Source: an uncultured Eubacterium sp. (GTDB lineage Bacteria > Bacillota > Clostridia > Lachnospirales > Lachnospiraceae). Taken from it: 64,000 nt of DNA. Below are positions 27,032-36,639 of the stretch, one piece after another. The notes below the pieces were generated by a model. That model did no database searches. It saw only the letters and a program-made list of their open reading frames with translations, and was not told where the DNA came from. Within the stretch, counting starts at the first letter, position 1, and each line of letters starts with the position of its first letter. The stretch spans positions 2,268 to 66,267 of the forward strand of contig CANDJC010000005.1 in assembly GCA_947384955.1 (NCBI GenBank), given 5' to 3'. The position numbers and the translations under genes were made by a program.

Positions 27032-28450
27032 ATGGCACAGAAATACAAATTAGGCGAGCTTGAATTTGAAACGGAGCAGGAGTACCGGGATGCCGCCATG
27101 GATTTAAAAAGGATTAAGGGAATTGTGGATAAATATAATCCGGAAGACCCGCAGCAGGCTCAAAAAATCCTTGCTTCCATTAAAGCACACCCGGAAACGT
27201 TCCGTTCTCCTTACGGCGTAAAGTTCAGGGAAAAGCTAGAGGCGGCCGCAGCCCGGGGGACAGCCGGCAGCAGTAAAGCGCAGGGCAGCCGGACGGTACA
27301 AAAAAACACAGAGGAGAAAAAAGGCAGAAAATTTTCCCTAAAGCCTGTCAGAGAAACAAAGCAGGACGCCGGAACTGAGAAAGAAAAATTCCAGATATTT
27401 ACACCGAGAAATTTTGCCATCGGAGTAGTCATTGTCGCCTGTGTTGTTATTTTCAGCATATTTTCGCCGCGCCTGTTTTCCTTTAACAGCAGCGGGGACA
27501 GCAACGGAGATATCAGGCGCAATATGGTGACTGCTTATGCGAAGAGCCAGGCAGAGCTGAAAACGCAGCTGTATACGTATTATTTTAATGTGGTGGGGCA
27601 GACCGAGGAAGAGGCGCAGAAGGATGCCGAAGAAGGCATCGGCCATTATGTGATGGACCTCTCAGACCGGACTGTCAGTAAAATGTCAGATTCCGAAATT
27701 AAAGATATTTACAGCCAGCTGGTAGAAGGCGGAGACATTCAGAATAACAGCTTTGTCGAGCCTTCCGAGATAACGGTGTTAAAGGATAAGCTGTTAGCGG
27801 CAGGACTTTCCGGCAACAGCGGCAACGGCGTGGAAGGGGAAACTGCAGTCGTCGCTGCGGTCAATGATATGATGGATTATCAGGAGCGGCTGTTTTACTC
27901 GCTGTCTTACAATTATTCCCTGCTGAAATATCCGAAAGAACAGGCACAGGCTTATGCGGACGAGGATATGAAATCCATGTTCGGGGAAGTTATTTATAAT
28001 TACAGCATGGCTAAGGAAGATAAGCAGGGGTATTTTGACAGTTTTGTGAAAAGAGGGCTGATTAAGGACAATCAGGTAGTACGTTTTTCCGCAGACCCGA
28101 CAGCTTACAATCTGCCGGAGCTGACACCGGTTGTCGAAATCTCGCTGCAGGGCGGCGAATCAAAGGCATACCAGTGCAGCATGATCAGCTATGCGCCGGC
28201 GGCCAGCGTATTTTATGAGATACACAAAGGGAAGGAAAAAGGGTATCTGTGTTTTCGCAACAATGGGGGAAATACCGATTATATCCCGCTCGATGATGAT
28301 ACTTCGGTAACGGCCCAGGGTGATTTTTTTATGATTACAGGTTCGGAGCTGACGACGGGACAGTGGTTTTATAACAGACAGAATATCGGTATTTTGATGA
28401 ACGGGGATTCCAGCAGCATGATTAGTTATGTGCATGATTTGAGCTATTAA
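27032..28450 (+). CDS. Hypothetical single-pass membrane protein
   Basis: 7 bp after the EAL gene; TM NFAIGVVIVACVVIFSIFS; N-terminal 69 aa align without gaps to the SrtB N-terminus (see findings). Confidence 0.75.
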   Translation: MAQKYKLGELEFETEQEYRDAAMDLKRIKGIVDKYNPEDPQQAQKILASIKAHPETFRSPYGVKFREKLEAAAARGTAGSSKAQGSRTVQKNTEEKKGRKFSLKPVRETKQDAGTEKEKFQIFTPRNFAIGVVIVACVVIFSIFSPRLFSFNSSGDSNGDIRRNMVTAYAKSQAELKTQLYTYYFNVVGQTEEEAQKDAEEGIGHYVMDLSDRTVSKMSDSEIKDIYSQLVEGGDIQNNSFVEPSEITVLKDKLLAAGLSGNSGNGVEGETAVVAAVNDMMDYQERLFYSLSYNYSLLKYPKEQAQAYADEDMKSMFGEVIYNYSMAKEDKQGYFDSFVKRGLIKDNQVVRFSADPTAYNLPELTPVVEISLQGGESKAYQCSMISYAPAASVFYEIHKGKEKGYLCFRNNGGNTDYIPLDDDTSVTAQGDFFMITGSELTTGQWFYNRQNIGILMNGDSSSMISYVHDLSY

Positions 28451-28510
28451 GAAGACAGACGGTGTCTGGAAGGATGCCGGCGCTTTCATAAATGTGCGGT
28501 GATTTTAAAA

Positions 28511-28540
28511 GCGGCAGAATAGAAGCTTCTATTCTGCCGC
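28511..28540. repeat. Perfect 30-bp palindrome overlapping the thiT stop codon
   Basis: GCGGCAGAATAGAAG|CTTCTATTCTGCCGC. Confidence 0.8.
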
Positions 28541-29212
28541 AGTCTGTTTTACACGGAAAAATGACTGCTTTACCGGCTCAAGAGAAAGCAGCAGCACGGT
28601 AAGCATGGCTTCCGGCAGCAGATACATGCCGTTATATAATAAGGAAAAAACTGGTACAGACATGTGGTAGTCGGAGGCATACGCACCGAAGAAAATCATG
28701 CCGGACCAGAATGCAAAGAAGTATCTTCCAAGCACCCCGGCAATGTAACCGTACATCAGGCCGTTTTTCTTCTGGCTGAAAAAACCGGACAGGCCGAGCG
28801 CTCCGAATGCGAGCGGATAATCGATGATTACCTGCGGCAGTGTGTAAAAGATGGGTTCAAGGATGAACTGCAGCAGTCCGTAGGCAGCAGCCGCAGTAAG
28901 GCCTGTTCTGGGGCCGTACCAGTACCCGATGAGCGAGATAAAAAGCATGCTGAACAGGGTGATGGAGCCGCCCATTGGGAGGTTTAGGAATTTTATCATG
29001 GAGGTAACTGTTCCGAGAGCCATGGCGGCGGCTGAAAAGACGAGCTGCCGGGTGGTCAGGCGGGCGGTGCGTTCTTTTTGAGGGCGCAGTAAAAGGGATG
29101 CTGCCAGAAAGGCTGTAATTAATAGGACGACAGCTGCGATTCCGGCTGTGGTAAGGGTGACGGCATCCGGGCCCCAGGATGCCGGGGCTTGTTTTGTGAA
29201 TATATCGGTCAT
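28529..29212 (-). CDS. thiT: ECF-type thiamine transporter S component
   Basis: LPMGGSITLFSM, GYWYGPRTG, QVIIDYPLAF, FWSGMIFFG motifs; RBS AAGGAG. Confidence 0.88.
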   Translation of the reverse strand: MTDIFTKQAPASWGPDAVTLTTAGIAAVVLLITAFLAASLLLRPQKERTARLTTRQLVFSAAAMALGTVTSMIKFLNLPMGGSITLFSMLFISLIGYWYGPRTGLTAAAAYGLLQFILEPIFYTLPQVIIDYPLAFGALGLSGFFSQKKNGLMYGYIAGVLGRYFFAFWSGMIFFGAYASDYHMSVPVFSLLYNGMYLLPEAMLTVLLLSLEPVKQSFFRVKQTAAE

Positions 29213-29306
29213 GTGATACTCCTTTTGGTGGTTGTTTTTATGGTCGATAGCACTATAGCATATTTATGAGTGCAGTGCAAGGGGAGAAGAAGCTGCATGA
29301 GCATTT

Positions 29307-32300
29307 CTAATAGAAATTCCAGTCTGGAAAGTTTTTCTGCAGTTTTTTCTTCTGTTTTTTGGTCAGCATTTGTTTGTCATAGTTAAGCAGGAGATTTTGA
29401 CTGGTAAACTGGGATAGTTCTTTGTATAGTTCAGGTATGTGTGTTCCACAAATTGACAGCAGTTCTAAAGGCAGGTTTTTTAAATCTGAAACAGTGTCTG
29501 TTTGTGTATAGTTCAGGTATAAGTATTCCAGTCTGCTGCATGCGGAAAGGGGGCTCAGGTCTTTTGCGGGTGCAGAGTCCAGATTCAGTATTTCGAGTTC
29601 TTTCAGCGATGACAGGGCTGATAAATCGGATACATCTGATTTTGCGCAGGACAGGAATTTTAATCTGGTCAGGTTTTTGAGGTCTGATAAATCAGAAGAC
29701 TTTAAACCGTCCAGCGATAAATTTTCCAGATTTGTTATGGAATTTAATGCTTGTAAATCTGACAGCAAAATACAGTGATTCAGATTTAGTGTGTGCAGGT
29801 TTTTCATATTCTGTAATCCTTCCAGAGTCTGCAGCTGATCCATGTTATCTGCGCAGAGTGTGTGCAGGCTTAAACAGGAAGACAAGGCTGTCAGATCTCG
29901 GACCGAAGCCGTAGTAATATCTGCAATTCTTAAATCAGCAGCATTTGCAAGCCATTGTATGGATGGCAGACAGGCACCTTTTGCTGATATGTTTTTTAGG
30001 TTATTAAATCCTGAAGATTCAAAAAAGCAGTTTTGTGAAAAACTGCATTCGTCCAGATTCAGAAAAGACAGGTATTTCAGCTTTGAAAGCGGAGTAATGT
30101 CTTCAATAATCATATTGGACAGTGAAAGACTAGAGATGCCTGGCAGGGATGATAACATATCTAAGTTCAAGGGTTTTTCTTTCCCGCAGCTGTCAATGTG
30201 GAGTGAAATCAGAGAAGATGCATCCGAAAGGCCGGATATGTTATTGATTTGAACTCCGTCTATTGAAAAAGCAAGTAAACAGGGAAGGTTTTTAATAAAA
30301 TCCAGGTTTTTAAGGCTCGTACTAATCCTGGTGTTTTGTATGCTTAAAGCTTCCAGACTGACAAGGCTGTTCAAAAAATCGGCATTTAAAATTTTTGCAT
30401 TTAACAGGTATAGGTTTTTTAAATTGGACAGTTCCGCAATAGCCTGAAAATCTGCCGCTTCTATGTCTTTTAGTTCCAGTTCGGTCAGCCGTTTTAAATC
30501 AGCAAGAAAGTAAACATCCGATATGTTTGCAAGGGATGCTAGTTTTAAAGATGTTAGTTTTACGAGATTTTTTATGGTATCGTAGTTTTTGCAGGTTCCG
30601 ATATTAAGGTCTAATGTTTCTAAATATTTAAGCGGTTCCAGGAATTGTAAATCCAATTCTTTTTCGGAATTGCCTGAAAAGCTTTTAAATTTGTGAATGC
30701 GTAAGTTTTTTAAATCATACAGTCCCGAGAGAGGGGTATAGTCTAACTGTTCGTCTGATTTTATCTGCAGGTCAAGAGTCTCTAAAGGCAGAGATTTTAA
30801 AGGATTAAGACTGTGAATGCTAATGGGCTCGTCTCCAGAAATTGTTAGAGTTTCTAAATGAGTCAGAACCGAAAGCCTGTTCAAATCCAGGTTTGTTTTT
30901 TTTATGCAGCAGATATCCAGTTCCTTTAATCCAGCCAGGGATTCAAATGGCATATTTGCAGGAATGCTGCTGACTCCTAGCTTTTCCAGCTTTTTCAGGG
31001 CTTCCAGATTTTCCAGTCCGTACTGCATATTATAAATGAACAGATTTTTTAAATTCGGTAAGGAGTGCAGCTGGTTTAAGTTTACATCAGTATTTGAAAT
31101 GCTTAATGTTTCCAGGCTGGGAAAAGCTGTAAAATCAAACTGGCTGTTAAACGAATAATCGTCTGCAAAGAGTGATTTCAGCTGATTCATTTTAGGAAGC
31201 GACTGCCATACGGAATCATTACAGCTGCTAATATTTAGAGATTCCAGGTTTTTCAGCTGGCGAACAATGCTGATTTTTGATAAGTTCAGGCAGTTTTCCA
31301 GATTCAGGTTTTTTAGCTTCGGGAGGTTTGCTGCAAAATCGATATTGCTGATTTTTACTGCATATAAAATAAGTGATTCCAAATCTGTTAAATCGTTTAG
31401 CACAGAGAAATCACGGATAGAAGTATTTGAAGACAAGTCCAGGATACGCAGTTTTTTTAATACAGAAAGAGGCTGAATATCCTGTAAGTCGTCATTATAG
31501 CTTAAGTCTATATTAGTCAGGCCTGTCAGATATTTCAGGCCTGAGATATCACACAGTCTGTTTTTAGAAAGATTGACAGATTTAATGCCGGATAGGTCAT
31601 GCGGGTCGTATGCTGCGAAAAAATTCAGGTCTGTCAGCTCCAGGTCGGATAAATTCAGTTCCAGTATTCCCTGTTCATTTGTATACGGATTTAAAACCGG
31701 TGATTTTTGCTCAGGCAGTATGGCAGATGTATCATAGGATGCATCGGATACAGATAATTCAGGTGTAACCGAAGAAGTTACCGGAGTTTTTTTAGAGGCT
31801 GCAACGATAAAATACAGGATGCCGGATACTGCTAATGCGCTGATGACAGCGGTCTGGATGATTTTTCTGCGAAAAGGTTTCTGGTACAAATCGGTAAGAA
31901 GAGCGTCCATTGTCTGATACCGTTTCGAAGAACTGCGCTCAAGGCCCCGCATGAGTGCTTTCTGAATGGCAGGATTTATGCGTATGCCAAGTCTGGATGG
32001 CGTTATAAGTCCATTTGTTTTAGGAGACTGGCCGGTAATCAGCCGGTATATGGAAGCGCAGTAAGCATAAACATCTGTATAAGGGCCCTGTTCAGCACTT
32101 TGCAGCTGTTCTAGCGGAGAGTAATCCCGGTTACATATATCATTATTTTTATTATGATTATAAAATTCTCTGGAAGCTCCGAAATCAATCAGTACAGTCT
32201 GGAAAGTTTCCCCTGAAAGATTTATCATAATATTTTCAGGACTGATGTCACGGTGAAGGGTTTCATGGCGGTGAAGTCTGGCAATTGTCTGGCCTGCCGG

Positions 32301-32831
32301 GTACATCAGTTTTAGAGTTTCTTTCACTGACAGGCGACCATCTTTGCTTTGTGCATATTCATTCAGATTCTGCCCTTTAATAAAGTCCATGACCATATAT
32401 GCAGTATCATTTTCCATGAAATAGTCAGATACAGATACAATTCCGCTCAGATTAATTTCTCTGCTTAAATATGCAAGAGTTCGTGCTTCGTCATAAAAAT
32501 TATTTAGTATGTCCTGATAATCGCTTTTAACTGTATTTTCTAAAAGGCAGATCCGATTCCCGCTCGGCATGTCTGTATTACGGCAGATGAATTCTTTGGG
32601 AAAACATTCTTTGACTGCAGTTTTAATATCCAGACGGGTGTCATATCCGGTATAGGTAATTCCAAAACTTCCCTCGCCTATGGCGGGACCTATACAGTAG
32701 CGGTTTTTCAAAATGCTTTTGAGCGGAAGGTGATATGGCGGGACGGTGCCTGTGTTATTGAATAATGAACATAAATTTTTGCTGTTTTGCTGCTTTGGGC
32801 AGTTCTTACATAAACACATGAATATAGACAT
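29307..32831 (-). CDS. Transmembrane Ser/Thr (Hanks) kinase with a long C-terminal LRR ectodomain
   Basis: GEGSFGITY, AVKE, HRDISPEN, DFG intact; TM IIQTAVISALAVSGILYFIV; about 30 internalin-like LxxLxLxxN/C repeats; likely start ATG 32819. Confidence 0.9.
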   Translation of the reverse strand: MSIFMCLCKNCPKQQNSKNLCSLFNNTGTVPPYHLPLKSILKNRYCIGPAIGEGSFGITYTGYDTRLDIKTAVKECFPKEFICRNTDMPSGNRICLLENTVKSDYQDILNNFYDEARTLAYLSREINLSGIVSVSDYFMENDTAYMVMDFIKGQNLNEYAQSKDGRLSVKETLKLMYPAGQTIARLHRHETLHRDISPENIMINLSGETFQTVLIDFGASREFYNHNKNNDICNRDYSPLEQLQSAEQGPYTDVYAYCASIYRLITGQSPKTNGLITPSRLGIRINPAIQKALMRGLERSSSKRYQTMDALLTDLYQKPFRRKIIQTAVISALAVSGILYFIVAASKKTPVTSSVTPELSVSDASYDTSAILPEQKSPVLNPYTNEQGILELNLSDLELTDLNFFAAYDPHDLSGIKSVNLSKNRLCDISGLKYLTGLTNIDLSYNDDLQDIQPLSVLKKLRILDLSSNTSIRDFSVLNDLTDLESLILYAVKISNIDFAANLPKLKNLNLENCLNLSKISIVRQLKNLESLNISSCNDSVWQSLPKMNQLKSLFADDYSFNSQFDFTAFPSLETLSISNTDVNLNQLHSLPNLKNLFIYNMQYGLENLEALKKLEKLGVSSIPANMPFESLAGLKELDICCIKKTNLDLNRLSVLTHLETLTISGDEPISIHSLNPLKSLPLETLDLQIKSDEQLDYTPLSGLYDLKNLRIHKFKSFSGNSEKELDLQFLEPLKYLETLDLNIGTCKNYDTIKNLVKLTSLKLASLANISDVYFLADLKRLTELELKDIEAADFQAIAELSNLKNLYLLNAKILNADFLNSLVSLEALSIQNTRISTSLKNLDFIKNLPCLLAFSIDGVQINNISGLSDASSLISLHIDSCGKEKPLNLDMLSSLPGISSLSLSNMIIEDITPLSKLKYLSFLNLDECSFSQNCFFESSGFNNLKNISAKGACLPSIQWLANAADLRIADITTASVRDLTALSSCLSLHTLCADNMDQLQTLEGLQNMKNLHTLNLNHCILLSDLQALNSITNLENLSLDGLKSSDLSDLKNLTRLKFLSCAKSDVSDLSALSSLKELEILNLDSAPAKDLSPLSACSRLEYLYLNYTQTDTVSDLKNLPLELLSICGTHIPELYKELSQFTSQNLLLNYDKQMLTKKQKKKLQKNFPDWNFY

Positions 32832-32837
32832 CTCCTT

Positions 32838-35327
32838 TTAATATACTATATAGCAGTCGGGCAGCCATTTTTTCAGGTCTGCAATGTCCTTTTTTGTAAC
32901 ATTCGTATCAGAAAGGGTAACTGCAGAAAGGTTTGTTAAATCTTTCAGAATACGGATATCTGAAAAGGAAGTGTGAGCAAGTGAAAGGTATTTAAGCTGG
33001 GTTAAATTTTTTATAAAAGAAAAGTCGGAAGCCGGGATGCCTGGCAATAAAAGTGATGTTATTGATGTTTTATCCTGAAGCGGCGACAAATCTTTTATTT
33101 TTGTTTGCGAAAGATTCACTTCGCTTAGTTTATGACAGTCGGCGATGTCATAGATATCTGTAATTGGACAGTCCGATATTTTAAGGACTTTCAGGTTTTT
33201 GTTTGCAGCCAGACCTTTTAAACTGTGAAGCGGAGCATGAAATAATTCCAGTATAGAAAGATCTGAAGTTTCCAGTCCGGAGAGGTCTTTCAGCGACTGT
33301 GCATCGAAAATGGACAGGAGCATCAGGTTAGGCAGATCAGCAAGCGTGCTTAAATTGGTTATATTTTTGCCAGGCAGCTGTAATGCTTTGAGTGCTTTCA
33401 GATGGCTTAAATCTGACAAATCTTGAACAGGAAGATCAGGAAGAGTCAGATATTCCAGCTTATTCAGCTGCTGAATTGGAGTCAGGTTCGAAACAGCTGT
33501 ATTTTCGATATTCAGCACTGTTAACTGGGAAAGATTTTCTAATCCCGAAAGGCTTGTTAAATTTTTACATCCAGAAAGATACAGTTTTTCCATCTGATTC
33601 ATATGAGAAAAATCCTTGCAGTCCTGTAATGAGGCGGTGTGGTTTAGCCGCAGCATTCGCAGATTCAGTTCGCGCAGGAATTGGAAGCTGTCTGGGATAT
33701 TTTTAGAACCATCCAGGTACTGCAGAGCTGCCAGGCTGCTGATTGGAGAAAAATCTGAAATATTGTTTTCAGATATGTCCAGAACCTGTAAATTTGTCAT
33801 ATCTTTTAAAAAGGAAATATCAGACAGCTGGTTTGAACTGCAATTTAACTGCTTTAATGATGGAATTTTAGTTATTGGCAGTATTTTTTTAAAATAAGAA
33901 TCCTGATTCTGTTTTTTTTCTCTTGTATTGCTTAAATTCAGAATTTCGAGGGAAGCTGCAGACTGCAGCGGTTCATAGTTTAGAATATTCTGGCAGTCTG
34001 ATAAGTCTAGGATTTTTAGCTTTTTCATTAAACTCAGCTTCGATATATCTTCCAAATGGTCATTATTATAGAGATATAGTTTTTCTAGTGTCTCAGATAT
34101 AAATTCTATGCCGGTAAGGCTGTTTAGATAGCCGCGCTCTGTAAATGTACAGGATAAGTTCACTGCAGTGAGTCCCTTATATTCATCTTGTGAAAGAAAC
34201 CCAAGAGATGATCCGGGAATAGTAATACCGCATACGCCATAAGTTCCGCCAGAAGGAGTTTCACCATATTCTTCTGATTCAAAAAAATTCTGATTTAAAT
34301 CAATCAGGTCTTTTACAGCGGTGCTCTTAGTTGTGTTACTGGCTGTTTCGCTGCTTCCAGACTGCTCCGGGCCGTTGTCAGTCTGTGTGTAATTATCATC
34401 AGGCAGAATCTGCCCGGCATTATGCTGAACGGAGCTGCCGATAATAAACAGTAGCAAGACAGCACATACACTAGATAAAAAGATAACAATGCTGCGTATG
34501 GAAGTTTGCCTGATGATATTTTTATTATTTATGGCAGGTGATAATGGAGATGGTTCCCACATCTCTTCCATAAATTCAGACAAGCTGGACTGGCGTCTGT
34601 CTGGGTGCAGTGAGAGTGCTTTTTTTATTGCCCGCAGCTGTTTTTCAGAGACAAAAGGTTTTATATTATCTAAAAGCTTACAGCAGCCGGCTGTACGTTC
34701 GGATACAGGCATAGGATGGTTTCCAGTCATGCAGAAATAAATGAAAAGAGCCATTCTAAAAACATCCGTAGAAGCATTGATCTTATTTTGATTTAAGCCG
34801 CATTGTTCAGGAGCTTCATAAATACAGTTTTTAAAAGCGACAGTTTTTATATAAAATTTGGGACATCCTGAAATAATGCGGATGAATTTTATATCTCCCG
34901 TCGTTGTAATAAAAATTGACGATGGAACCAGGCGGGAAAAAAAGAAATTTTCATGCTGCATCTTTGCCAGAGTACGGCAAATGTTTTGCATAACGGGACA
35001 CAGCGTTTGCGTATCACATTTTCTATTAAAAAAGGAATCCTGTAAAGACATTCCTTCGGGGTATTCTTCGGCATAATAAAAGAATCCGTTTTCTTCAAAC
35101 AGGTCTGTAACCATGCTGATTTCAGGTATTTTTTTAGAAAGTTCCGAAGCTTGTTTTAAATATAAACGCCATATATGGGAAGATTCATACAGGCAGCACT
35201 GAATAAGCCGTACCCTGGTGCCGGTATGGGTGTCATATGTAATATATGAAAGTAAAGAATCTTCCTGGTTTTCCAGCTTTATCATGGTATATCTGTTCTG
35301 TAATTTTGTTTCCATAATGTTTATCAT
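32838..35327 (-). CDS. Transmembrane pseudokinase with a C-terminal LRR ectodomain
   Basis: Kinase-fold landmarks (LQNRY, YEAPEQ, STDVF, TGNHP, PDRR), but G-loop, VAIK, HRD and DFG are all lost; TM SIVIFLSSVCAVLLLFIIG; about 15-18 LRRs. Confidence 0.82.
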   Translation of the reverse strand: MINIMETKLQNRYTMIKLENQEDSLLSYITYDTHTGTRVRLIQCCLYESSHIWRLYLKQASELSKKIPEISMVTDLFEENGFFYYAEEYPEGMSLQDSFFNRKCDTQTLCPVMQNICRTLAKMQHENFFFSRLVPSSIFITTTGDIKFIRIISGCPKFYIKTVAFKNCIYEAPEQCGLNQNKINASTDVFRMALFIYFCMTGNHPMPVSERTAGCCKLLDNIKPFVSEKQLRAIKKALSLHPDRRQSSLSEFMEEMWEPSPLSPAINNKNIIRQTSIRSIVIFLSSVCAVLLLFIIGSSVQHNAGQILPDDNYTQTDNGPEQSGSSETASNTTKSTAVKDLIDLNQNFFESEEYGETPSGGTYGVCGITIPGSSLGFLSQDEYKGLTAVNLSCTFTERGYLNSLTGIEFISETLEKLYLYNNDHLEDISKLSLMKKLKILDLSDCQNILNYEPLQSAASLEILNLSNTREKKQNQDSYFKKILPITKIPSLKQLNCSSNQLSDISFLKDMTNLQVLDISENNISDFSPISSLAALQYLDGSKNIPDSFQFLRELNLRMLRLNHTASLQDCKDFSHMNQMEKLYLSGCKNLTSLSGLENLSQLTVLNIENTAVSNLTPIQQLNKLEYLTLPDLPVQDLSDLSHLKALKALQLPGKNITNLSTLADLPNLMLLSIFDAQSLKDLSGLETSDLSILELFHAPLHSLKGLAANKNLKVLKISDCPITDIYDIADCHKLSEVNLSQTKIKDLSPLQDKTSITSLLLPGIPASDFSFIKNLTQLKYLSLAHTSFSDIRILKDLTNLSAVTLSDTNVTKKDIADLKKWLPDCYIVY

Positions 35328-35331
35328 TTCC

Positions 35332-36639
35332 TTAAATGTATTTGTCAGCTGCTTTTTTACGGGGCATATGAAATATCAGGTTTTCGTTTGCGAGAGTGAT
35401 TGTGCAGCCGTCTTCCAGTTCGGTTCTTCCAGTTATTTCTATATCGTTGACATAGGTGCCGTTTGTGGAATTCAGGTCACAGAGAAAAGCTCTGATATTT
35501 TCAAAATCAATTGAAATGGAAGCATGTTTACTGCTAACCAGAACATTTCCTTCGACTGTGAAATCACAGTTATCGGAACTGCCGATAATAAACTCTTTTT
35601 TGCGAATACGAATTCGGGTCTGAGTTCGCTGCTGCAAGAGAGAAAAATGCTCCATTTTAACAGTGCTGCCGCTGCCTTTGCTGCCAGAAAAATTGTTCTT
35701 ATTTAGGTCATTCATATGAAAAGTATTTTGCTGGCTGAAAGAATCAGCTGCTGTTTTACTGATATCAGGGTTATCAGTGCTGGCTGGTGAAACGGTCAGC
35801 AGCTGAGACACATTAGATTCTGGCGTCTGGGCTGAAATCAGCGCATGGATATTCTGGAAAAACTCAGTCAGAATCTCATTGTAGTCTGATTTGTTTCCTG
35901 GCAGACTGATAACTGTTACATTTCGGTGTTTAAAATTAATAATCTCTTCCATGTCGGCATTTACCATGATACAGTAAGCACGCTTCTGTAATTCACTGAG
36001 ACGTGCATTCATGGTCTGCCAGATGCTTCGAATATCGTAGTCATCAAAGCTGTAGCCAATTAGAAGAGGCGTATGGGTGAGAAACATGCCAGATATATAT
36101 TCTGTAAGCAGACGCTTCTTATCTGTAAATGTGTCATAGTCATTTTCTGTAATGATTAGCTCTTCTGGGCGTTTAAAATCACCATGAAGTTTTATAAGTT
36201 TCACATATCCTTCTAAATCTACGGCTAGTTCCTGGTGAGAATAAATCGGAACTGACAGCCATCCGGATGCTTGCAGGGCATTTTCTAATAAAAAGTCAAA
36301 ATTGGTTGTAAAAATAATATCATGAAATACACTGCATAATGCAGTATGGGCGGATCCGGGTTTTATTCTGGCAGAACAGAGTAATTCTGAAAGCAGCTGG
36401 ACTAATTCCAGGCGGCCGTTTTCGGCTTCATATGCTGATAATGCCTGCAAGGCATTTTTATAAGAAAAGCCTTTTAACCGGGATGCAGCATAACGTCCAA
36501 GCTGTTCCCAGTCTGGCATAGTTATTTCAGGCGGCAGCAGTGCGTTTTTTGAAAATCCGGCGCCGATAATAGGAATCACTTTATGGCTGATAAGATTTTT
36601 TATGAGTCTGTCGGGCAGATAGGATAAGTATCTGGACAT
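35332..36639 (-). CDS. SIR2-like (SIR2_2) domain fused to a C-terminal FHA domain
   Basis: IIGAGFS, IFTTNFD, KLHGD, IGYSFDD (SIR2); IIG-S, VSSKHA, DLNSTNGTYVND (FHA); RBS AAGGAG before ATG 36639 (track start 36687). Confidence 0.88.
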   Translation of the reverse strand: MSRYLSYLPDRLIKNLISHKVIPIIGAGFSKNALLPPEITMPDWEQLGRYAASRLKGFSYKNALQALSAYEAENGRLELVQLLSELLCSARIKPGSAHTALCSVFHDIIFTTNFDFLLENALQASGWLSVPIYSHQELAVDLEGYVKLIKLHGDFKRPEELIITENDYDTFTDKKRLLTEYISGMFLTHTPLLIGYSFDDYDIRSIWQTMNARLSELQKRAYCIMVNADMEEIINFKHRNVTVISLPGNKSDYNEILTEFFQNIHALISAQTPESNVSQLLTVSPASTDNPDISKTAADSFSQQNTFHMNDLNKNNFSGSKGSGSTVKMEHFSLLQQRTQTRIRIRKKEFIIGSSDNCDFTVEGNVLVSSKHASISIDFENIRAFLCDLNSTNGTYVNDIEITGRTELEDGCTITLANENLIFHMPRKKAADKYI

